Source: Mantamonas sphyraenae STR306
Lineage: Eukaryota > Protista > CRuMs
DNA length: 64,000 bases
Reading direction: 5' to 3'
Assembly (NCBI GenBank): GCA_026936335.1
Contig: JAPMXV010000031.1
Span: forward strand, 124,001 to 188,000
Shown here: positions 47,083 through 57,049 of the stretch, in pieces
Layout of the letters: the number at the start of each line of letters is the position of its first letter
Position numbering within the stretch: the stretch's first letter is position 1
Notes under the pieces: generated by a model
What the model was told of the DNA's origin: nothing
What the model saw: the letters and a program-made list of their open reading frames with translations, nothing else
Databases searched by the model: none
Position numbers and translations under genes: made by a program

Positions 47083-47730
47083 ATGCTGCAGCTGAGAGAG
47101 GGACAGCAGTTGTGCATCAAATGTGACACACATGTGGCAGTGGTACATTGCAGCCAATGCAAGGAGGCATATTGTGATGAGTGCAACACAAAGGTAGGGT
47201 GGGTCGAGTCGGTGCGGGAAGGAGAGGGAGGAGAACGCGGCGCGAGCAGAAAAGTGCTGACACACGTCAACGCACGTCCCACGACAGCAACACGCCAAGG
47301 GGAGGCGGTCGTTGCACAAGCCAACAAAATATACTCCGTGTGAAGACGGCGGGTGCATGGACGAGGAGGTAGGGTGCACCAAAGGGGTCTCCATCGTCGC
47401 ATGGTGTGGAGGACAGGGCTCACACGGAAATGGGATGAACACACAGGACAAGGGCAACCACGCAAACTATCTATGCCGGGAGTGTGAGCGGGGAAAGGGG
47501 TTCTTTTACTGCGAGTACTGCTTCAACAAGACGCACGCGCACGGGCGGCGCGGGTTTCACACGGACGTGGCGCTGTGCGGGCCGACGGGAGAGGTGATCG
47601 CACAAATGGAGAGGGAGGACGTGGTACAAGTGCATCGGGCCACCTACACTGAACGGTACGGTCGTCTACCTCTGTCTGTACAGGTGAAACTGGGGCTGGC
47701 AAGCGCAAACGCTGCGGCCGAGTTTGGGGC

Positions 47731-47782
<52 letters not shown>

Positions 47783-49941
47783 GGCGGTGGCGTGGGTAGA
47801 GGGGCATTGTACAAGACACCCTCGTTTGACAACAGCCACCTGCGACGAGAATTGCACGCCGAGTACGGCCCACGGCCTGAGAATGTGCAACGCGACGAGA
47901 CGAGTGGCGAGCTCGTGCCTCCCCTGCCGGCAAAGCTCAGTGAAGATCAGATCGGGTACTGGAGAGGCATCCAGGGAGAAAACAACTCGTGCTATTTGGA
48001 CAGCACCGTATTCTCCCTGTGGGGCTTCTACGATTTCCTGGATGAGGCCTTGACGACAGAGATTGAGGTGAGGAACGAAGAACGAGGGAGCCGTGCGGCG
48101 CACGGGGTACACAGACACTCGGCACATGATCTAACACCGCCACACGCATTCCTTCACATCATTCCCCACCCCAAAAACACAAACAGGATGAGGATGAGAA
48201 CGCGTTCCGCAATGCGCTGCGCGAGAACGTGGTGAATCCGCTGAGGCAGTTTGCGTACGCGCGCAAGTCGCCCGTGATGTACTGGCGCACGTTTTACCTG
48301 AACAAATGGCTGGAAGGCAACGATTGCTTGGGAGGGGGCACGTGCGAAGAGAAGGATGTGGAGGAATTGCTGTCGGTGTTGTTTGAACACTTGCACGTTG
48401 CACCGTTTGTGCAAATCAAGACGGGTCAAGGGGGAGATATGCTGCGACTGCACACGTTGCAGGTGTTTGTGGACGATGTTGAGGCTGCCATGTTTCGAAG
48501 CGTGCCAAGCGCACAGGAACTGCTGGTGCACTACTTTTCGTCGCAAGGGTTCCAGCTGGCCGGGCTACCGAAGCTGCTTGTGTTCCAGGCGCCACGGTCA
48601 GGCAAGCACTGGAAGGCGTTTGAGTATATATACCCCAGCCAACACGTGTTCCTGGCGGAGTACGAGGCAGTGGCGGACGAGGAAGGGGCCGATGGAAAGG
48701 AGGCGGCCAAGGTACACTCGCATGCGCTGAACACAGGGGTGAAGTACGAGCTGTTTGCAGTTCTGGGCATTGGCGTAAGCCACTACGTATCTTACGTGCA
48801 GAAGGAGGGCCGGTGGTACTTCTTTGACAGTATGGCAGATCGGTACAGGGAGATCGGCGGTGCGGACGAGGACACCATGGGTGGACGCGACGTCAATGTG
48901 CCGCAGATCACCGATGTCACCGATGAGTTGAGCGCGTACCTGCGCCTGGATCCTGTGGAGGAGGAAGCGGAGGTGCTGCGCATGCTGGAGGAGTCGCCCG
49001 CCAATTCGCACATCCGCAGGCTGTCTTCTGATTTGTACTTTGCCTGCTACGCGCTGGTAGACGACGAGGAAGGCCAAGCACAAGCGCACTACGCCAAGAT
49101 GTATGGGGAGGCAGAGGTTGTGGTTGCTGTAGCTGGGCCAGAGGAAGATGATGATGGAGACGCGACGACTGAGGCGGACAGGGACGAGCCGAATGGACAC
49201 AAAGAAGACAATGGCGACGGCGCGGAAGGTGACTCGCCGGAGAAGGAGGATGCAGCAGCAGAGGGAAGTGCTGAAGGCACAGATGAGCAACAGACGGCCG
49301 AGAACACAGATGAGCCACAGAATGCGGCTGTGGAAGGTGATGAGGAGCAAGGAGAGCAGGATGAAGGACCAGGAGACGTGCCGGCGGAAGAGGATCCAGA
49401 GGTGAGCAGCCAACCTGCAGTCGACACAGAGATGGACGACACGGGTGAGCTTCCTTTGGAGGATACCAACGACGAACCCACTGAGGAGGAAGCGCAAGAC
49501 GAACCAACTGAGGAGGACACCCACGACGAACCCACTGAGGAGGACGCGCACGAGGAGCTCCCGGAGGAGGACGCGCACGACGAACCCACTGAGGAGGACG
49601 CGCACGACGAACCCACTGAGGAGGACGCGCACGAGGAGCTCCCTGAGGAGGACGCGCACGACGAACCCACTGAGGAGGACGCGCACGACGAACCCACTGA
49701 GGAGGACTCCCACGACGAACCCACTGAGGAGGACGCGCACGACGAACCCACTGTGGAGGACGCGCACGAGGAGCTCCCGGAGGAGGACGCGCACGACGAA
49801 CCAACTGTGGAGGACGCGCACGAGGAGCTCCCGGAGGAGGACACCCACGACGAACCCACTGAAGAGGACACCCACGACGAACCCACTGTGGAGGACTCCC
49901 ACGACGAACCAAAGGAAGGCGTTGCAGGTGACAATCTTTGA
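47083..49941 (+). CDS. CYLD: CYLD-like ubiquitin-specific protease with two N-terminal B-boxes and acidic repeat tail (4 exons)
   Basis: Cys box RGIQGENNSCYLDSTVF; IVNPLR-like VVNPLR; EKDVEEL; QAPRSGK; His box ELFAVLGIGVSHYVSYV..WYFFDSMADR. Last intron 48068-48186. Start is 47083 or 47053. Confidence 0.9.
49471..49902 (+). repeat. Coding minisatellite, 16 x 27 bp (DEPTEEDAH / EELPEEDAH)
   Basis: Unit GACGAACCCACTGAGGAGGACGCGCAC with variant GAGGAGCTCCCGGAGGAGGACGCGCAC, directly adjacent, no spacers. Confidence 0.97.
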
Positions 49942-49966
49942 TTGGAATGAATCCTCTTTCTTCCTC

Positions 49967-51463
49967 TCACGATTCAAACCCTACCGTCACTGACCCGCTG
50001 CTGGAGCCGTCCGAACCGCCTTCCGTAGTGGTGCTTGCTGAAAACGCACTCACGGCGGCAATTGCCTTTTGCATGCGTACCATGGCCAAGGTTGTGTTGG
50101 CCACGCGCTTGAGCCGCCTCCACGCTTCAAAAGCCTTCATCATCTCCACGACAGTAGGCAGCGGCTCGTCGTTGGAATCGCTCTCCGTCATCCACGGGTG
50201 CCTGAGGATCTCCGACACAGAATACCTACTAGAAGGCACCACCTTGAGGATTCGATCGATCAGATCTTTGGCCTGGTCGCTTACATCGATCCAGGCAAAG
50301 TCGTCGTATGCATACTCGCCCTCGGAGATCAGATCATACAGCTCGTCGCGAGAGTCGGCTCGGAAAGGCGGCGAGCCACACAGCCTGCGATGCAGCGAAC
50401 TCCGTGTCAGTCCACATCATGGCCAGTAAACAAGTCTCACGATGCTCCTCCCTGCTTCTCGTCTCCCCCTCATTGTCATTCACACCCGCACGTACAGCTG
50501 GAACATGATCACACCAATGGCCCAAGAGTCCACCTTCCGGTCGTAATCCTTGCCGTTGATGATCTCTGGGGCTGTTTATGCGGTTATTGTGTTGGATTGA
50601 GAGCGAGCCTCGCGTGTCAGTGGTCTCTGCGTCTGCCTGTTGCAGTGCTGCGCTGCTGCTCTTCGGAAACGTACCTAAATACAACGGTGTGCCCGCAAAG
50701 TCATCCAGAAAGTCGTGGACGCCTGTGGTGAGGGCGCTCAAGCCAAAATCTGTCAGCTTGAGAGAATCGAGGTCGTCCTTGTTCCGCAATAGCAGGTTCT
50801 CCGGCTGGAGCGGAATGTTCCGTTGGCGTGTGAGTAAATTTCTTTCCCATGGTTCTGCGCAGGCCCCTCACGCCCTCGCTTTCACGCGCCCTTGCCACCC
50901 ACCTTGAGGTCCCTGTGAATGATGCCCTGGTTGTGCAGATACTCCACAGCAGCACAGATCTGCTGCACCAGCTTCCGTACGTCGTTTTCAGAGAACGACC
51001 CGCGATCCATCAGCGCCTCGTAAAGCTCGCCTCCAGCCATGCGCTCCATCACCATGTACACGTTGTCCTTGTCCTCGAAGCTGTCCACGAGCTTCACTAC
51101 ATTTTCGTGATTCAATTTCTTCATGATTGTGATTTCCTGCCGCAGCAGATTCAGGCGCGCCGTTGCGTCTTCCCGGTGGTTTTTGTCCTTCTTCGCAATA
51201 ATTTTCACAGCAAGCTCCTCTTCAGTCCCGCTGGAGCCATCTTCCGTGTCGCCATGCGATCCAATGGGAAACGCCTCCATCACCGTCCCGAACGAGCCGT
51301 GGCCCAACACTTCCCCAAAATCGTAAAAATCGTGGATGTTCCGTTTGCTGCTCGTCTTGCTCCCACGCGAAGAGCCTGCTTTTGTGTTTGCATTCCGCGT
51401 GTGGCCTTTCAACCCTGCACGCTGTTTCGTTTTGGCAGAGGGCCGTTTGTACGCTGTGCTCAT
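49967..51463 (-). CDS. CAMK-group Ser/Thr kinase (CaMK1/STK33-like), 4 exons
   Basis: LGHGSFG, AVK, HRDLK|PEN, DFG, GTPLYL|APE, VDSWAIGVI, HPW; tail PTVVEMMKAFEAWRRLKR (STK33-like / CaM-binding-like). Confidence 0.92.
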
Positions 51464-51564
51464 GAGTGGGCCCGCTTGTTCGAGTTTTCGTTTTGTTGCT
51501 TTCTGCAGCGCACACACACACACATACCTCGTGACTCACACACACTCACTCACACACATCCCGC

Positions 51565-54361
51565 TCACGAAATGATAAACTGGATGTCTCCGTTTCCGAG
51601 CTGCTGGAGCACGTTCAGCTGAGCATACTCGTCGACGAGTGCCTGGAGATGTTCCTCTGTGAAGCCATGACGACCGATGAGCCCCAGGACGTCTGCACGG
51701 CGTGCAATGGACGTGCCACGGCTACGCACGTAGCGTTGGCGAAGCAACTCGTACAGACGAGTCACGCTATCGGTCTGATCCATGTCCATCACATTCTCAG
51801 CCTTGAGCGAGGCCTTGGAGTCGTCCATGAGGCGCACTGCCTCGTCGACATCGGCCTCAGCCACAGTGGTGGACAGACGCAGACGAGCGAGCGCCTGCGA
51901 GAGACGCAGGATGCTCAGGAGCGTGCGTGCTGTTGTGTACGTGGATGCGTTTCCCTGTGCAGCCTCCTCCTCCTGGCGCATGTTGACGTACATGTCTGCA
52001 ATGTGGTTGGTGAGGGACTCCGGTACCGCTGGCTCGTGCTTGCGTGCAAACGCCACGTATTTGCGCAGAGTCTCTGAATCCAGCAGGTTGCTCACATCCT
52101 CGCGTTCGGGATGGCGCCTCAGCATGTGCACCTTGGTAATGTGCTCTGCCAGCTTCTTGTCGTCGTCCATGTTGGGTCTGTCCAGCAGGAGGAAGAGCAG
52201 GTCGAAGCGAGACAGAAGCGCAGGCGGCATGTTGATGTTTTCCGACGGGTTCAGCTTGAGGTTGTAGCGTCCGTATGCAGGGTTGGCTGCGGCCAGGACG
52301 GCTGTGCGTGCGTTGAGCGTTGTGGTGATGCCAGCCTTGGCAATCGACACTGTCTGCTGCTCCATCACCTCGTGGATAGCCGTGCGGTCGCTGTCCTGCA
52401 TCTTGTCAAATTCGTCGATGCAGCAAATGCCCTTGTCGGCAAGCACCAGGGCACCTCCTTCCAGCACCAGGTCGTTTGTCACTGGATCGCGCAGCACAGC
52501 TGCAGTAAGACCCACGCCTGAGCTGCCCTTGCCTGTGGTGTACACACCGCGAGGTGCCACTCGAGCCACATGCTTCAGCAGCTGAGACTTGGCCACACCA
52601 GGGTCACCCACGAGGCAGATGTGAATGTCACCACGGATGTGCATGCCGTCGGACATGTCTCGAGTGACGCCTCCCACAAGCAGCAGCAGAAGGGCTTTCT
52701 TCACTGCGTCCATGCCGTAGATTTCCGGGGCAATAGAGGCGGTGAGTTTGGTGAGCACATCCACGCCTCCATCCATGCTTGCTGTGGCCATGTCCGTGAA
52801 CGCATCCTCCTCCTCCTGCGTCACCTCCATGGCGGCATACGTCTTTTTCTGTTGGGTGATCTCCAGGGCCTCCACATACGTGTCTGCAATGAGTCCTGCT
52901 CGCAAGGCGCGGAACCCTGTGTATGGCGTGGGCAAAAAGATGCCTGTGATTTCCACAACGTCCCCAGGCGCAGCCTTGCGTGTGTTTTCGCCACGTGCGT
53001 GCACCGTCATCGCACGCGGGATCGTGCCCACCGGCACTTCGGACGACAGCTCCTGCACCTTGAGCTGCTGATACTTGACAAACTTGGATGTGCGTGTGTT
53101 CATGTGCAGCCTGCCGTTGGTCTTGTTTGTCACGCAGTTGGTGGAGGGACACTTTTGCAGCGGCATGAACGTGCGTGCGTTCACCTGCTGATAGATCTCA
53201 AAGCCGCACACGTCGCAGGTGTACGTCACAACCACAGCCATGGGCTTCACGGACGTGGCGCGTGTCACCATTGCACGGAATGTTACTGTGGAGCCCACGT
53301 GTGTCGCGCGAATCGCTCGCAACGCAAGCCGCTCCTTCTTGTTCACCGTCGGCTTGATGCGCACCTCACTGTTGCACGCAGAGTGGGAAAGGGATGAGTG
53401 TTCAGTGTGCGTGGTGGAAGTACAAGGCGGGTGTGAGCTGTAATTCCGTGGACGGGAGCGGAAGGGGGTGGCGTCACCACCGACGGGTTGACCCTCTCCT
53501 TTCCTCCCTTCTTGCCTCGCACTCACACACACGCACACACACACATCACTCCGAACAGGAAAACTTACTAGCGCCGCAGCAGAGCTGCCGGGATGTTCTG
53601 TTGAGTGCCAGCAGGCAGTTCGGCCTGGTCGTCCGTGTCGGCCTGTGCAGAGGCGCGGTGGTGGTTGATGATGTCGTACTGATCGTAGTTCAACGCCACG
53701 TTCGACGTCGGCATCATCGCATCTGCTGCCTTGCTGATGATCTGGATGTACCGCGGCGTGTTGTTCATCACCTTCATCGCCATCTCTGCACCCATGAACT
53801 GCGTGTGTCGTTGTATGCACAACGTGTCAGCCTCCCGACCACAAAGCCGAAATTGCGAAAAACGACCTCCACCAGCACCTCACCGCTCGCCCCGCACGCC
53901 CTTACCTCTGCAACGTCGTCAATGTGCACCTCCAGCACATTGGCCTGCCTGTTCGCAATCGCTTGCTGTGTATGACCGTCCACCCTCTGGGTCAGTGCTC
54001 CTTCTGTGGGGGGGTCAAAAAGCCTCCCTCAGCCTGATCACGACTGAGGGGGGGGGTACCACAAAAAATGCGCGCACCCGCAGCGGCCTCCACACATCCT
54101 TACCAGCTGTTCAGCATAGATAAGCAGACCATCCTCACCGTCTGCGCTGCGTTGAAATCCACGAAGGAAATCCTCAAAGCGTCCTGTGGCCATCCCGCGT
54201 CGTGTGAGCCGAGTGAGCTTCTCGCGTGACAGGTTCCCCATCCCGCCGGCCGATCACTTACGCTCCGCTGCCACATAGTCATCAAATGCCACCCCTGTGG
54301 ATGCGCCCAACCCTGTCGAAGACGATGACGACGATGACGACGATGCTGCTTCCACCTGCAT
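51565..54361 (-). CDS. MCM7: DNA replication licensing factor MCM7 (5 exons)
   Basis: YTCDVCG..CPSTNC Zn finger, FLPTPYTGFRALRAGLIADTY, GDPGVAKSQLL, IDEFDKM, ALLSRFD, TARTLLSILRLS; four GTAAG-donor introns in the 5' part. Confidence 0.98.
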
Positions 54362-54422
54362 TGCCACCAAAGAGATTCGTTTTGCTGTGGCTCCGCTGGT
54401 GCTCGTGCTCCCCATGGCACTT

Positions 54423-55707
54423 TCATTTTTCCCGGTCTCCTGCCCTGCTCGCTGCCCTCTTTTGACGCAGAAGCTCGTCCATGTATGTGCTCTCTTGCGT
54501 CCATGCCAGGTCCGGCACGTCGTCCCACTCGAAATCAAAATCTGTCCCTCGCTTCAATCCCTGTTCCCCCTCCGTTTGTGTCTCCATGGCAGCGCTGCTG
54601 GTCTCCGTGTTGCCCCCCTTCTTCTTTTTGGGCGATTCCAGCCCTCGTGTGCCTCGCCATTCATCCAGTGCTCGTTGAAACTCCTTCCTGTTCGCTTCCT
54701 CGTCATACTCGCCATCCCACATACTCCCACCACCTCCACTGCTGCTCGTCGTGCTCGTGTTTGTGCTCATTCCTCCACCTCCTTGCGTGTCTGCGTATGT
54801 TCCCGTCTGGCTCCCGCCGTCTGCCTTTGTTCCCGAGTTGTCCCCTTCGCCTCGGAACGCGTACAACGCCTGCAGAAATTCCCTGCGGTTCGCCTCCTCG
54901 TCAAACTCCCCATCCGCAATCGATGCTCCCTTTGACTGTGTGCCCAGCGTCGCGACCGTGCGTTTCGTGTCCCGTCATCGATGCACTGTGTCAGCTTCCT
55001 CGCGCGCCAAAAACCGTTACACGCCTGCCTCGCCCCACTGTCCACGACCATCTCCCACACCTACCGGCGTCATAGTGTCTTCCCCGCGTGTCACTTGTTC
55101 CTCCTGCTCTCCTTCCAACTCTTCCAGATGTGCGGGGGCCCATGTAGCAGCCAGATTGAACGTCCCGCCGCCCATCACAAACGTGTTCTTTGCCCCCTTC
55201 TTCGACGCCTCTTCGTCCGCTGCCATGCGCTCCTCCTCCTCCTCCTCTTCTGTCAATGGTTTCCCCTGTCGCCACCTGTCCACCGCCGTCTCCTTTGGTG
55301 CCCGCACGCTCGCCGTCGTTCCGCTGCTTCCCCCGCCTGTTCGACGACCCGAGCTCCGTTGCTGGCCAGCGTCCGACCTCCCGTCTCGACTCTTTTTGCT
55401 CTGTCTGCTCGCACTCCTTTGGCTGTTGGCAGCCCGTCGTCGCCCTTCCGATCCCGACCCGTACTTCTTCTCCCATTTTGCTGCCTTCCGCTTGCCCTTC
55501 TCCGCATCCATGGCCTTGCGCAAAGCCAGCAATTGGTCCTCAATGGCCAATACTTCCTGTTCCAGTCGTGCAGACTCTTTGGCAAGCCTACAGCGCCGCC
55601 CACCAACACCGCGTGTGTGAGCGCTCGATCTACGACGTTTCCATCCTTCGATCTCATTTCACCCAACCCTACCCTTTGGATGGCCTCCTGCCCTGACGTG
55701 TCGCCAT
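54423..55707 (-). CDS. ZBBX-like protein lacking the B-box (3 exons)
   Basis: N-terminal coil LEQEVLAIEDQLLALRKAM..KW; two copies of DGE(F/Y)DEEANRxEFxxALxxxRG; C-terminal STYMDELLRQKR. These resemble ZBBX blocks as remembered. Confidence 0.6.
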
Positions 55708-55783
55708 GTCTTGTCCAATGCAAACTGTGTTTTCTTTGTGTTTGTGGCACTGCCGCCCTGCCACCGCGCACACACATCCTCCC

Positions 55784-55981
55784 TCATCCTTCCACGTCCA
55801 TTCCTCGCTTTCCCACAACATCTTCGATGCTCTCTGGGATCTGTCCTCGCTTCATCATGTCCCGAAACTTGGCAATGTCCTCCTTGCTGGTCAACTGGTC
55901 GATCAACGCCATCGCTTTTTCCAGCTTCGCCTCCATCTCCTTCTCCTGCTCGGCTCGCTCTTTGGCACTGCCCCTTCCGCC

Positions 55982-56017
<36 letters not shown>

Positions 56018-56944
56018 TTCAAGTCCCTCGCCGGGCGTAAACGTCTTTGCGCTTGCTTGGATCTCCTCCTCCAGTTTCTGGCCCTCCTCGCTGCCAAAAA
56101 GCTCCTGGGCTTCCCTCACCTCCTGCGGTTTGACCTTGCGAAAGTCCAGGATGCGCAGTTGCGGCAGTTTATGGATCACGTACAGCCGGTAGTGTTCCAG
56201 TTTTGTGAGGGGATTGTCCACCAAGCTCAACGAGCGCAGGCTCGACAGGCATGCCAGCCCGTCCACATCCGACAGATTTTCCAGATTGTTTTTAGTCAGC
56301 ACAAGCGACTGCAGCGATGGCAGCGCATCTGCAAGCGAGCTCTGGCCCTCCTGGGCGCGCTTGATGTGAACCACCCTGTTGTTGCACAGCAGCACCGTAC
56401 GCAGCCTTCGCAGCAGCGGGAACCCGTCCAACACCTGCACTTCGTTGTCTGAAAGATCGATTGTTTCGAATTGGTCCTGTGAGATCACTCTTCGGGTAAG
56501 CGGCTGCCCTTTGCCCCTCGCATGTGTCGGCGCTCCTTCCGCATCCTCCCACCCGTCCTCCACAATGGCCTCTCCCATCCCCATTCTCTGTCCTGCTCTT
56601 GCTCCTATGCGCCACTCACCTGTGTTACACCCAAGTTTTCGATTGCTGGGATCTTGTTCCCTGTGTTTACGTCCCCCGTACGTGTCAGAACGCGCGCCTT
56701 TGCACACTCCCAACCGCCCACGCCCACCCTGCGCCTCGTGCTACCCCCACCATCCGCATGGCCGTTGTACAAAACACAGCTGCGTGTGTGGGACACACTT
56801 TCTCCACAGGTGTCTCCACACTCGGCAGTGTGCGGTGATTTGACCGGCCGCCATTCCCAACTCACCCCGCAGATCCAGCTCACGGTCCTTCAGAGTGTTG
56901 ACAAACACAGGCGACGCCTGGATGAGGTCTGCAGTCAGGCGCAT
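55784..56944 (-). CDS. SNRPA1: U2 snRNP protein A' (3 exons)
   Basis: MRLTADLIQASPVFVNTLKDRELDLRG|NKIPAIENLGVTQ|DQFETIDLSDNE..YRLYVIHKLPQLRILDFRKVK. Confidence 0.97.
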
Positions 56945-57049
56945 GGATAACTGGTGTCGTTTGCCTGCACGACACAGCGCTCCTGCTTCCAAAACAAACA
57001 AAGGCCCCGTCAACGACCACCCAGCCACGGGAGAGTCCACACACAAGCC

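Noticed and set aside
49471-49902. CRISPR array
   Set aside because: Units are contiguous with no unique spacers, lie in frame within a CDS, no cas genes are present and the context is eukaryotic.
51505-51560. (CA)n/(GT)n tracts as telomeric or mobile-element repeats
   Set aside because: Short, imperfect microsatellites typical of introns and intergenic DNA throughout the window.
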